Below are positions 55,402-64,000 of a stretch of DNA of 64,000 bases, piece after piece. Numbering within the stretch: the stretch's first letter is position 1; the number at the start of each line of letters is the position of its first letter. The notes beneath the pieces are model-generated. The model had not been told where the DNA came from and did not search any database. It saw nothing but the letters and a program-made list of their open reading frames with translations. Where the stretch lies: positions 13,050-77,049 of the forward strand of contig CAVZRR010000009.1 in NCBI GenBank assembly GCA_963777725.1. Direction: 5' to 3'. Origin of the DNA: an uncultured Gammaproteobacteria bacterium. GTDB taxonomy: Bacteria > Pseudomonadota > Gammaproteobacteria > Steroidobacterales > Steroidobacteraceae. The translations under genes were made by a program, and so were the position numbers.

Positions 55402-56619
55402 TCAAGCCGCCTTCCAGACCGGTTGCAGCCGCGCCGGTCCGCGTCGCGCGTCGAGGCTGCCGACCAGCACGAGGCACCCCGCGACCGACAGCACGAACCC
55501 GGCCAGGAAGGTCGGCGCGTAGCCCACGGCGTCGGCGATCGCGGCGCCGGTGAAATTGGCGAGCCCCATCGTGAACACGATCGCGCAGGCGAGCAGCGTG
55601 TAGTCGGTGCCGGCGTGCTCGGGATCGGAGGCGTCCATCATCAGCGTGAACAGCGCGACCGTGGCCATGCTGCCGAGCAGGTGCTCCGCGACCGTGCCGG
55701 CCCAGAACATGCCGAGCCCGCCGATCCCGTGCGCGGCGGCGACGTAGAACAACAGGCTCGCGGATTGCAGCAGCCCGCAGGCCAGCAGCGCGGCGCGGCG
55801 GCCGGCCCGGAATGCGAACCAGCCCCCGAGGGCCGCGCCGCCGAGGCTGGCCACCGAGCCCACGGTGCCTTTCATCAACGCGATCGTCTCCTTGCTGAGC
55901 CCCGAGTCGCGCATGAACGGGCCGATCAACGTGGCCACCATCGAATCGCCGAATTTGTAGAAGCAGATCAGCACAATGAACGCGCCCATGCCCGGCACGC
56001 GCAGGCGCTGGATCCATCCGGCCGCGAGCTGGCTGGCACTGGGCCGCCGCGCGGCCTCCGGCGGTGTCGGCTCGCGCAGCCACAGCACCGGCAGCACCGT
56101 GATCGCCAGCAAAGCGGCCATGCACGCGAACATCGTCGCCCAGTCGGTGCGGGCGAATACCCAGAGCAGCAGCCCGCCGCCGAGGATCATGCCGATCCGG
56201 TACGCGCCGACCTGGATGCCGTTCGCGAGGCCGCGCTCGCGGGTGTCGAGGATGCGCACCGCGAGTCCGTCGGTCGCGACGTCCTGGCAGGCTGCAATCA
56301 CGTTGAACAGGAACGCCGCGGCCAGCACGACGATGAAGCCACGGCCGAGGTCGACCTGCGACAGCGCGAGCGCGCCCACGACGGCCGCGAGCTGCAGCGG
56401 CAGCAACCATTGCCGGCGGGTGCCGCGATGGTCCACGAATGGCGCCCACAGGAACTTGAGCGCCCACGGCAGGAACAGCAGGCTCGTCGCGCTGATGGCC
56501 TTGAGCGACAGGCCGGCGTCACGCAGCAGCACGGGCAAGGCCTGCGTGAAGAAGCCGTAGGGCAGACCCTGGGCCACGTACAGGCTGGTCAGTAGCCAGA
56601 TCTTGTGACTGCGACTCAT
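55402..56619 (-). CDS. ampG: AmpG-family muropeptide MFS transporter
   Basis: LYVAQGLPYGFFTQALPVLLRDAGLSL ... PWALKFLWAPFVD. Confidence 0.75.
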   Translation of the reverse strand: MSRSHKIWLLTSLYVAQGLPYGFFTQALPVLLRDAGLSLKAISATSLLFLPWALKFLWAPFVDHRGTRRQWLLPLQLAAVVGALALSQVDLGRGFIVVLAAAFLFNVIAACQDVATDGLAVRILDTRERGLANGIQVGAYRIGMILGGGLLLWVFARTDWATMFACMAALLAITVLPVLWLREPTPPEAARRPSASQLAAGWIQRLRVPGMGAFIVLICFYKFGDSMVATLIGPFMRDSGLSKETIALMKGTVGSVASLGGAALGGWFAFRAGRRAALLACGLLQSASLLFYVAAAHGIGGLGMFWAGTVAEHLLGSMATVALFTLMMDASDPEHAGTDYTLLACAIVFTMGLANFTGAAIADAVGYAPTFLAGFVLSVAGCLVLVGSLDARRGPARLQPVWKAA

Positions 56620-56659
56620 CAGGGCTGCCAGAATCGCGGTTCACGCCGGAGGAAAGCAA

Positions 56660-57331
56660 GTGAACGTCGCCGAAGCCATCGACAGCCGCATGAGTGTCCG
56701 CGCCTTCCTGCCCACGCCGGTGCCGGAGGCGACGGTGCGCGCGATTCTCGATACTGCACGACGCTCGCCTTCGGGCGGCAACCTGCAGCCGTGGCACGTG
56801 CACGTGCTCACGGGTGCGCCGCTCGCCGAGCTGGTGACGATCGTGCGCAGCAAGCTGCCGACGCATCCTCGTGGCGAAGGCTCCGAGTACGACATCTACC
56901 CGCGCGAACTGTGGGAGCCGTACCGGTCACGGCGCTTCAAGTGCGGCGAGGATCTCTACGCGACGATCAACGTGACGCGCGAAGACAAGCTCGCGCGGCT
57001 GCTGCAATTCGCACGCAACTACCAGTTCTTCGGCGCGCCCGTCGGCCTGTTCTTCTTCATCGACCGCCAGATGGGACCGCCGCAGTGGTCGGACCTCGGC
57101 ATGTACATGCAGAGCGTCATGCTGCTGGCGCGCGAGCACGGGCTCGACACCTGCGCACAGGAGGCGTGGTCGGTCTGGTATCGCACCGTGGGCGAGTTCC
57201 TGCAGGTGCCACCGCAGCTGATGCTGTTCTCGGGCATGGCGCTCGGTTATCGCGACGAATCGGCGCCGATCAACACGCTGCGCACCGACCGGGCGCCGCT
57301 CGAGGAGTTCGCGACGCTGCGGGGGTTTTGA
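56660..57331 (+). CDS. Nitroreductase-family protein
   Basis: RMSVRAFLPTPVP ... RRSPSGGNLQPW. Confidence 0.8.
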   Translation: MNVAEAIDSRMSVRAFLPTPVPEATVRAILDTARRSPSGGNLQPWHVHVLTGAPLAELVTIVRSKLPTHPRGEGSEYDIYPRELWEPYRSRRFKCGEDLYATINVTREDKLARLLQFARNYQFFGAPVGLFFFIDRQMGPPQWSDLGMYMQSVMLLAREHGLDTCAQEAWSVWYRTVGEFLQVPPQLMLFSGMALGYRDESAPINTLRTDRAPLEEFATLRGF

Positions 57332-57644
57332 GACGGGACAGAGCACGTCCAGCGGCCTGTCGGAAAACCTGACAGGTCGCCACGTCCGGTCGGAAATCAT
57401 TCAGTTCGAGATCCGCTCGCAGCCGGGTCAAGAGCGTGAAGCCCGTCACGCCTCGGGCCCTTTGTTGGTATAAAGCCACAAACTCAAGCTGACGCTGCGC
57501 TTTACAGACTCTGCTCCTCCACCCGCCTCGACCGTGGATCCAAGCGATGAAATCCGCCGAAGTACGCGGCTGAAGCAACGCTGGCACGCAAACTGCAATT
57601 GTTTACCCAGCGCAGTGTCGTACGTGAGCAACGGAGGAAATCGA

Positions 57645-57836
57645 ATGAGCCTGAGCTGGATCAGTGACCGCAGCCTGAAGGTGTCGCCCCGGGTCCGTCT
57701 CGTTCAGGACGACGAGGCCGAGGCACTGCGTCGCAAGCTCGAGGGCATCGCCTGGCGGCCGGAAAACGGCTTCCTCAAGGACCAGGTGCTCGACAAGTCG
57801 CCCCCTTCGCTGGGGCGTGGGTCCCGGGCTGCCTAA
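57645..57836 (+). CDS. Small hypothetical protein (63 aa)
   Basis: ATG at 57645 preceded by GGAGGA at 57633-57638 (6-nt spacer). No recognisable domain. Lies at the end of a 313-nt lower-GC intergenic stretch. Confidence 0.4.
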   Translation: MSLSWISDRSLKVSPRVRLVQDDEAEALRRKLEGIAWRPENGFLKDQVLDKSPPSLGRGSRAA

Positions 57837-57857
57837 GCAGCGCGCAAACGTCGTCTC

Positions 57858-58217
57858 TCAGGGTCGCTGGCGGCGCCGCGCTTCCATCGGGTGTTCCACC
57901 CGCCGCAGTTTGTCGGTGAGGTGCGTGAGACTGAGCCAGGGATGGCGCAACGTCATCCGGGGGCCCGCGTAACGCATGATCTCCCGGGCCTGCTCGCGCT
58001 GCGCCCGCTTGTAGCAGTGGATCGGACACTTGGCGCAGGTCGGCTTGCCCTCGCCATACGGGCACTTCTCCAGCCGCTGCTCTGCATAGTCGAGGAACTT
58101 GCGGCATTCCTCGCACGGGCCGTCCGCTCCCGCCGCGTGATGGTCGCGGCAATAGATTTCCACCATGCACTGCATGGTGCGGTACTCGCGCTTGAGGCGG
58201 GGCGTTTCCAGAGTCAT
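57858..58217 (-). CDS. Nitrous-oxide-stimulated promoter family (YgbA-like) Cys-rich protein
   Basis: YCRDHH...PCEECRKFLDYAEQRLEKCPYGEGKPTCAKCPIHCYK. Confidence 0.75.
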   Translation of the reverse strand: MTLETPRLKREYRTMQCMVEIYCRDHHAAGADGPCEECRKFLDYAEQRLEKCPYGEGKPTCAKCPIHCYKRAQREQAREIMRYAGPRMTLRHPWLSLTHLTDKLRRVEHPMEARRRQRP

Positions 58218-58339
58218 CGAGCATCCTGATCGGTTGCGCGGACAGCTTGCCGCAGCCGGGCGCCACGGCGCGCTCGTGGCTTTCCGAAGCAGGCGGATCT
58301 GCGACAATGCGCGCCCCCTTGCGCGGCCCCGACACGCTC

Positions 58340-59248
58340 ATGCAGGCCCCTGCCCCTGCCCACCCGACCGCCGCCTCCGGCTTCGCCGCAGCGGTCACCG
58401 CGTTCCTGATCTGGGGACTCTTTCCGCTGTACCTGAAGCCGCTCGCGACAGTGCCGGCGCCGGAGATCATGGCGCACCGGATCGTCTGGTGCTGCCTGCT
58501 GGTGTTCGGCTGGCTGGCGGTGCGCGGCGAAGTGGGCCTGGTACGCGCCGCGCTGGCCGACCCGATCTCCCGGCTGCGACTGATGGGCTCGGCCGTGCTG
58601 ATCAGCGTCAACTGGCTGATCTACGTCTGGGCGGTCAGCAACGGCCACGTGGTCGAGGCGAGCCTCGGGTATTTCATCAACCCGCTGCTGAACGTCGTGC
58701 TCGGCGTGATGGTGCTGAAGGAGCGACTCAATCGCGCGCAGTGGTTCGCGGTCGGGCTCGCGGGCCTCGGCGTGCTGTACCTCGCGATCGTCTCGGGCCG
58801 CCCGCCGTGGATTGCGCTGTCGCTGGCGGCGAGTTTCGGCATGTACGGCCTGATCCGCAAAGTGGTGGCGGTCGAGGCCGTGCCGGGCCTCGCCACAGAG
58901 ACGTTGCTGCTCGCGCCGTTCGCCGCCGCGTTCCTCGTCTGGAGCGAAATGCAGGGCAGCGGCGCACTCGGCCACTCGAGCTTCACGATCGGCGCGCTGC
59001 TGGTCGGCAGCGGGCTCGCCACGGCGCTGCCGCTCGCGCTGTTCGCCTACGGCGCGCGCCTGATCCCGCTGTCCACCGTCGGGCTCGTGCAGTACATCGG
59101 CCCCACGCTGCAGTTCCTGATCGGGGTGCTCGTTTTCCACGAGCCGTTCACCCGGTCGCGGGCCGTCGGCTTCGTGCTGATCTGGACCGCGCTCGCGATC
59201 TACGCGACCGACAGCCTCTGGCGAAATAGGGGACGTTCTCTGAAATAG
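58340..59248 (+). CDS. rarD: RarD (EamA/DMT family) transporter
   Basis: FLIWGLFPLYLKPL ... EIMAHRIVW ... ASLGYFINPLLNVVLGV ... VQYIGPTLQFLIGV. An alternative ATG exists at 58307. Confidence 0.8.
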   Translation: MQAPAPAHPTAASGFAAAVTAFLIWGLFPLYLKPLATVPAPEIMAHRIVWCCLLVFGWLAVRGEVGLVRAALADPISRLRLMGSAVLISVNWLIYVWAVSNGHVVEASLGYFINPLLNVVLGVMVLKERLNRAQWFAVGLAGLGVLYLAIVSGRPPWIALSLAASFGMYGLIRKVVAVEAVPGLATETLLLAPFAAAFLVWSEMQGSGALGHSSFTIGALLVGSGLATALPLALFAYGARLIPLSTVGLVQYIGPTLQFLIGVLVFHEPFTRSRAVGFVLIWTALAIYATDSLWRNRGRSLK

Positions 59249-59291
59249 GGGGCATTCTCCTTTTCCGAGCCCGGAAAAGGAGAATGTCCCC
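59248..59291 (+). terminator. Stable hairpin directly after the rarD stop (terminator-like)
   Basis: Paired by hand: a 20-bp stem (one G-U) from GGGGGCATTCTCCTTTTCCG to CGGAAAAGGAGAATGTCCCC, with a 4-nt loop, followed by TAATTTC. There is no long U-tract. Confidence 0.45.
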
Positions 59292-59358
59292 TAATTTCGC
59301 CGCCGGTGTACGCTTGGGGTGCGGGCACGTACCCGCGCACGGATCCGAACACGACACC

Positions 59359-59670
59359 ATGGCTGAGCTGAAGATCTCGAGCCGCGCGGACCGGCTCCTC
59401 GATCACCACCGGCTGCGAGGGCACGCCTTTCCGGCGCCGCGGTACTGGGAACGTCTCTTCCAGATGCTGGAGGAAGAGGCCGAGAAGCGCGGCAAGACGC
59501 CGCCGCCGCCACCGATCTCCCACGGGCTCGACCACGAGCCGACCGACCAGGACCGCATGGACCGGTTGCGCGAGCAGATCGGCTGGGCCGACCGCAACAA
59601 CCTGCTGCACCGGATCCAGATGTTCTTCGACGCGATGCCGCCGTCGGCGTGGGTCCGCATCGAGAAATAA
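59359..59670 (+). CDS. Hypothetical protein
   Basis: ATG at 59359 (MAELKISSRADRLLDHHRLRGHAFPAPRYWERLFQMLEEEAEKRG...). Plausible composition, no domain recognised. Confidence 0.5.
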   Translation: MAELKISSRADRLLDHHRLRGHAFPAPRYWERLFQMLEEEAEKRGKTPPPPPISHGLDHEPTDQDRMDRLREQIGWADRNNLLHRIQMFFDAMPPSAWVRIEK

Positions 59671-59679
59671 GGCCGCGAC

Positions 59680-59862
59680 TTGCGCATCGCCCGCCCAATG
59701 CTGCTCGTGACGACGCCGGTCGGCGTGGTCTTAGGCCTACGCGAGGCCTGGCGCCTCGCCGGCCCCGGCATGGCGCTGCTGATGGCGGCCATGATCGGCG
59801 TCGTCGGTGCGCTGGTCTGGATGACCGTGCGCACGATCCGCAAGGAACGCGACCAGGGCTGA
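59680..59862 (+). CDS. Small two-TM membrane protein (60 aa)
   Basis: MRIARPMLLVTTPVGVVLGL ... MALLMAAMIGVVGALVWMTV. Confidence 0.4.
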   Translation: MRIARPMLLVTTPVGVVLGLREAWRLAGPGMALLMAAMIGVVGALVWMTVRTIRKERDQG

Positions 59863-59866
59863 GACC

Positions 59867-60286
59867 TTACCGTCGATTGACCAGCCACAGGCCCGCGAGA
59901 CAGAGCACGAGTCCGCCGACGTTGGCCATCGACAGTTTCTCCCGGAACACGGCCACGCCGATCGCGAGCAGCAGCATCGCCGCCGCAGACTGCGTGACGA
60001 GCGCACCCAGGCTCACCTCGAATCCGCTGCGATAGAGAAACAGGAACCCGAGATCGAGCCCGATGATCACGGCCGCGAGCGCGAACGCGGTCCAGTTGAC
60101 CTGGCGCAGCTCGTGGCGCCACTCGAATCCGCCGCCGCCCGGCGATACGACCAGGATCGCGCCGAGCAACAGCGTGACGAGCGCGTACGTGATCATCAGC
60201 GACAGCAGCGGGTTGGCGCCGGCCGGCGTGACCTTGAGCACCAGGTGGTAGCCGACGGTGCAGACGATTGCGAGCAGCAGCCACAT
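59867..60286 (-). CDS. Small DMT/EamA-like 4-TM transporter
   Basis: 139 aa, four hydrophobic helices, ends GGLVLCLAGLWLVNRR. Confidence 0.6.
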   Translation of the reverse strand: MWLLLAIVCTVGYHLVLKVTPAGANPLLSLMITYALVTLLLGAILVVSPGGGGFEWRHELRQVNWTAFALAAVIIGLDLGFLFLYRSGFEVSLGALVTQSAAAMLLLAIGVAVFREKLSMANVGGLVLCLAGLWLVNRR

Positions 60287-60331
60287 GGCGGATCGGGCCC
60301 TCGGTGAGCGGGTCGGCTGCCGAGGATACCC

Positions 60332-62059
60332 TTACCGTGAGTTCGCGCCGAACGCCTTGCCGGTTCGAGCGCGACGGATCGCCAGCAGCGCGAGCAGCAG
60401 CGACAGCGCACCGCCGCCGGTCGATCCGCCCCCGCCGCCACCGTTCGTTGACGGGGCTGGCGGCGGAGCCGGCGGTGGCGCCGGCGGTGGGATCGGGACC
60501 GGCGCGGTTGCGGTCACCTGGAAGCTCAGCGTGTCGTTGCCGCTCGACACGTCCTGTGCCGCCGACAGCGTCACCGGCACCGTGTACGAGCCCGCCGTGT
60601 CCGCCCGCAGGTTCACGGACACGGCCGACGTGACGTCCGCACCGAGGACCGGCCAGGTGCAGGCGATGCCGCCGGCTTGCGAGGCGCAGGCACCGCCGTT
60701 GGTCGCCGTGCCGTCGATGGCCGACAGGCCGCTCGGCAGCGCAAAACTCAGCTGCACCGAGGTGGCCTCGGCCGGGCCGCGACTCGACACGCTCGCCGCC
60801 AGTGCGAACGCCTGTCCGCTCGTGACGCTGATCGCGCCGCCGCCCGCAGCAAGTGCGACATCCGCCGTCGTGACGACCGGAAGGATGCAAGTGGCAGCGC
60901 GGACCTGGGGTTCGATCTGCGTCAGGCTGCATTGCGAGAACTGGTCGCTGCCGTTCAGCTGCGGTGCCATCAGGAACGTGCGCGGCGTGGAAGCGCACGG
61001 ATTGACGGGCTCGCCGGGATCCTCGGTCTCGCCGTCGTGCGGCGCGCCGAAGTTGTGGCCGATCTCGTGCGCCGTCACGAGGGAGGTCAGCGTCGACACG
61101 CCCTGGCTGACCGACGCGCCGAACCGCGTCAGGCAGAGCGAGCCGATGAAGGCGATGCCGACGGTGGATCCGTCGAGGTCGCGGCCCGTCACCAGGTGCG
61201 TCAAGCCGGTGCTGCGCAGCGTCGGCTGCGAATCGCGGTAAGCGGAAAGCTCGTTCAGCAGGTCCCGGCCGACCGATGACGAGAATGGATCCGCCGGATC
61301 CTGGAACACGGTGACGCCGTCGGCGAGCTCGATCTGGATGCCGACCTGCGCGCTGAAGATGCCGTCGACGTTGTTGAAGATCTCGACGATGCGGTTGCGC
61401 GCCGACTGCGCAGAGCCTGCGACCTGAAAGTACTCGTAGTCCGCCAGCACGGAAACCCGCAGGCGACCCGTCAGGCCGGTCGCCTCGGCCGCTTGCGCCA
61501 GCTCGCCGACGAGCACGCGGTATTCGTCGAGACCGGAGGCCTGCTCGGGCGGACGGTCGGGCGTCACCGCGGTGCATGTCCCGGCTCCCAGGTCCGCTTG
61601 CGTGTCAGAGAGCCGGTAAACGACAGGCTTGCGGCCGCTGACGCCCAGTGGCTGAACGGCCCGCGGCGCCACGTCGTCGGCCGGCTCGATCACGTAGAGG
61701 TCGCGACCGTCCCACACCATGCCGGACTGCCGCTCGCCGTCGATGGTCAATCGCACCCACGAACCGGGCAACCCCTGCACCGTGCCGCGGAGAACCTGCA
61801 TCCCTGACATCTCTGCGCGCTCGGCTGCACCGACACCGGCCAGCAGCCGCGCATTCGGTTCGAGCGCGAGATCGAAGCGCCGACCGTAAGCGTCGAAGCT
61901 GGCGCGCTGCGTACGTGCGGTCAGCCCCTCGAGGATCAAGGGCTCCGCGTGCATCACGCGGAAGCGCCCATCGGCCGCGCGCGACTCATCGGCCAGCAGC
62001 ACGGCGGCGGCCGTGGCCAGCGATGCGAGTATCGCGACGAATGGACGAATCAAGGTCAC
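60332..62059 (-). CDS. Secreted reprolysin/ADAM-like (M12B) zinc metalloprotease with a GlyGly-CTERM-like sorting tail
   Basis: Signal peptide. Zinc site TAHEIGHNFGAPHDG (HExxHxxGxxHD). PPPAPPPAPPPAP linker. C-terminus GGGGGGSTGGGALSLLLALLAIRRAR. Confidence 0.75.
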   Translation of the reverse strand: MTLIRPFVAILASLATAAAVLLADESRAADGRFRVMHAEPLILEGLTARTQRASFDAYGRRFDLALEPNARLLAGVGAAERAEMSGMQVLRGTVQGLPGSWVRLTIDGERQSGMVWDGRDLYVIEPADDVAPRAVQPLGVSGRKPVVYRLSDTQADLGAGTCTAVTPDRPPEQASGLDEYRVLVGELAQAAEATGLTGRLRVSVLADYEYFQVAGSAQSARNRIVEIFNNVDGIFSAQVGIQIELADGVTVFQDPADPFSSSVGRDLLNELSAYRDSQPTLRSTGLTHLVTGRDLDGSTVGIAFIGSLCLTRFGASVSQGVSTLTSLVTAHEIGHNFGAPHDGETEDPGEPVNPCASTPRTFLMAPQLNGSDQFSQCSLTQIEPQVRAATCILPVVTTADVALAAGGGAISVTSGQAFALAASVSSRGPAEATSVQLSFALPSGLSAIDGTATNGGACASQAGGIACTWPVLGADVTSAVSVNLRADTAGSYTVPVTLSAAQDVSSGNDTLSFQVTATAPVPIPPPAPPPAPPPAPSTNGGGGGGSTGGGALSLLLALLAIRRARTGKAFGANSR

Positions 62060-63969
62060 TCCGCCAGCAGCGTCTGCTTCCAGAACAGCAGGCTAGCCCA
62101 GAACTGGTAGTCGGCGTTCTCCTTCTTCGCGAATCCGTGACCCTCGTTCTGGCCGAGCAGGTGCCAGGCCTGGCCGCCTTGCGCGCGGACGGCCGCGATG
62201 ATCTGGTCTGCTTCCGACGCCGGCACACGCGGGTCATTGGCGCCGGTGACCACCAGCAGCGGGATCTTGATCTCACGGGCGCGGGTCAGCGGCGAAATCG
62301 CCGTGAGCTTCGCGCGCTGCTCGGGATCACGTTCGTCGCCGTACTCGACGCGGCGCAGGTCGCGCCGATAGTCCTGCGTGTTCTCGAGGAACGTCACGAA
62401 GCTGGAGATCGCGACGACGCAGTTCGCACCCCGTAAGCGATCACCGTAGAAGATCGAGCTCGCGAAGCACATGTAGCCGCCGTACGACCCGCCGGCGACC
62501 GCGAAGCGCGCGGGATCGAGCCTGGGGTTGGCGGCGAGCGCGTCGAGGAAGGCGCCGATGTCCTTGACCGAGTCCTCGCGCCGGAACGGCCCGTTGTCGA
62601 GCGCGACGAAACGCTTGCCGAACCCGGTCGAGCCGCGCACGTTGGGATAGAAGACCGCGATGCCGAGTTCGTTGATCAGGTAGTTGTTGCGACCGAGGAA
62701 TCCCGGTCGATACTGGGATTCGGGGCCGCCGTGGATGTTGACGATCAGCGGCCGCCGGCCGGGAAACCGCGCCACGTCGGGCAGGTACAGGAAGCCGGAA
62801 ACGCGCTCGCCGTCGAAGCTCGTGACCTCGACCAACTCGGGCTCGACGTTGGCGTTGGGATCGAGCCCGCCGGTCTCGCTCTTCGTCCAGCGCGTGACCG
62901 CCAGCGTGACGGGATCGATCGAATACGCATCGGCTGCACTGCGGGCAGACGTGAAGCTGAGGCCGATCGCGCCCCACGGCGCGATCTCGAGCGCACCGAC
63001 CACGCCCGCGGGCAGGCCGCTCACCGTGCGGACCTCGCCGCTCTTCACGTCCAGCAGCCGGACGATGCTGCGCCCGGCCTCGTTGACGACGTAGGCGACG
63101 AAGCGGCCGTCCGGCGCGACGTCGAACGCATCGACGTCCCAGCGAGTCTCCGGATTGCGAGGCGTGAACTTGCCGGTCTGCGGATCGAGCGTGCCCAGTC
63201 GCTGGAATTCCGCGTCCTCGTCGCTGGTGACCCACAGCGTGCCGTCGGGCGCGAACGCGGCGTCGCCGTACGCGATCGGCCGCGAGTGGTCGCCGATGGC
63301 CGTGAGCTTGCCGCTCGCGACGTCGAGCCGATGGAGGTTGGTCTTGGTGACCGCGAGGTACTCGATGACGACCAGCGTCTTGCCGTCCGGCGAGAAGTCG
63401 CGCGCGGCCCAACCGCCGCCCTTGACCTCGGCCACCCTGCGGTCGGTCCGGCGATCCCGCGGATCCATCACGTAGAGGTCGCTGTCGGTACCGTTGCGCC
63501 GCGTCGAGCTGTATGCGATCAGCTTGCCGTCGTGGCTCCACGCGTTGAACTGGTTGCGACTCTTGCCGTCGGTCAGCAGCTCGAGCCGGCCGTTCGCGAG
63601 CGTGTGCAGCTGGTAGAACTCGTCGCCGCCCGCGTCCTTCGAAACGACCAGCACGTCACCGGTCGGCGACCAGCGACCCTGCAGCGGCTCGGCCTCGAAG
63701 CTGACCTGGGTGCGCGCCATCATCGGGCCCGCCACCGTGTGCAGTTGCGTCACGTTACCGAAGCGCGTCGTGATCAGCATCGAGCGGTCGGCGGCATTCC
63801 AGCCCGAGAAAGCGGCGGTGCGGAACTCCATGTAGGGCCGGGTATCGGCAACGAGCTGGTCGGGCACCGGCGGAATGCCGTCCGCGACCAGTGCGGCCGG
63901 CTTCGCGACTTCGGCGTGCAGCGGCGCGAGGGGCAGCAGCACCGCCCAAAGGATCAGGAATAGACGCAT
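62056..63969 (-). CDS. S9-family serine peptidase (beta-propeller + prolyl-oligopeptidase-type hydrolase)
   Basis: Signal peptide MRLFLILWAVLLPLAPLHA. Propeller-like repeats (WSPTGDVL, WSHDGKLIAY, FSPDGKTL, FAPDGTL). Nucleophile GGSYGG. Confidence 0.8.
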   Translation of the reverse strand: MRLFLILWAVLLPLAPLHAEVAKPAALVADGIPPVPDQLVADTRPYMEFRTAAFSGWNAADRSMLITTRFGNVTQLHTVAGPMMARTQVSFEAEPLQGRWSPTGDVLVVSKDAGGDEFYQLHTLANGRLELLTDGKSRNQFNAWSHDGKLIAYSSTRRNGTDSDLYVMDPRDRRTDRRVAEVKGGGWAARDFSPDGKTLVVIEYLAVTKTNLHRLDVASGKLTAIGDHSRPIAYGDAAFAPDGTLWVTSDEDAEFQRLGTLDPQTGKFTPRNPETRWDVDAFDVAPDGRFVAYVVNEAGRSIVRLLDVKSGEVRTVSGLPAGVVGALEIAPWGAIGLSFTSARSAADAYSIDPVTLAVTRWTKSETGGLDPNANVEPELVEVTSFDGERVSGFLYLPDVARFPGRRPLIVNIHGGPESQYRPGFLGRNNYLINELGIAVFYPNVRGSTGFGKRFVALDNGPFRREDSVKDIGAFLDALAANPRLDPARFAVAGGSYGGYMCFASSIFYGDRLRGANCVVAISSFVTFLENTQDYRRDLRRVEYGDERDPEQRAKLTAISPLTRAREIKIPLLVVTGANDPRVPASEADQIIAAVRAQGGQAWHLLGQNEGHGFAKKENADYQFWASLLFWKQTLLAE

Positions 63970-64000
63970 CGGCTTCTCCGGGAACCGAATCCGGTTGGAT

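Overview
Visibly high-GC (not computed), densely coding chromosomal window. It looks gammaproteobacterial, and the synteny (pcm-like/tolC/waaA/kdkA/heptosyltransferase, glnE, apt, ampG, rarD) resembles Xanthomonadales/Nevskiales; that taxon guess is inference only. I support about 64 protein-coding genes. I found no rRNA, tRNA, CRISPR array, transposase or integrase. Most long ORFs in the six-frame track are antisense or out-of-frame shadows typical of high-GC DNA and were discarded.

Gene content:
- Envelope and LPS genes.
- A TonB-dependent receptor plus lipoprotein pair.
- Small stress proteins: YcfJ-like, lmo0937-family, CsbD, and an ElaB/YqjD-YqjE-YqjK operon.
- Neutral-lipid genes: two alpha/beta hydrolases and a WS/DGAT wax-ester synthase.
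- Four GGDEF-type c-di-GMP genes and two paralogous Crp/Fnr regulators.

Most interesting observations:
1. A same-strand unit at 24.4-30.7 kb. It holds a small ORF, a SIR2-like + TIR fusion protein, a start/stop-overlapping STAND-type P-loop NTPase with one TM helix and a long TPR-like tail, and then, 21 nt downstream, an orphan class-I HMG-CoA reductase. This is a candidate uncharacterised NAD-targeting defence or conflict module.
2. A second TIR gene (TIR + TolB-like + TPR) split by a 1-nt frameshift. A GGDEF ORF that lacks a stop for 1.1 kb overlaps it on the opposite strand.
3. Two near-identical 66-67-nt perfect hairpin repeats that bracket the WS/DGAT gene exactly.
4. A secreted protein with four cyanovirin-N-homology (CVNH)-like modules.
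5. Mirror-image GGGGATA heptamer arrays (G-quadruplex motifs) forming an inverted repeat across the stop codons of two convergent genes.
6. A periplasmic protein that is 23 percent Met.
7. A reprolysin-like metalloprotease with a GlyGly-CTERM-like tail.

All family assignments come from motif recognition by eye. No database search was run.
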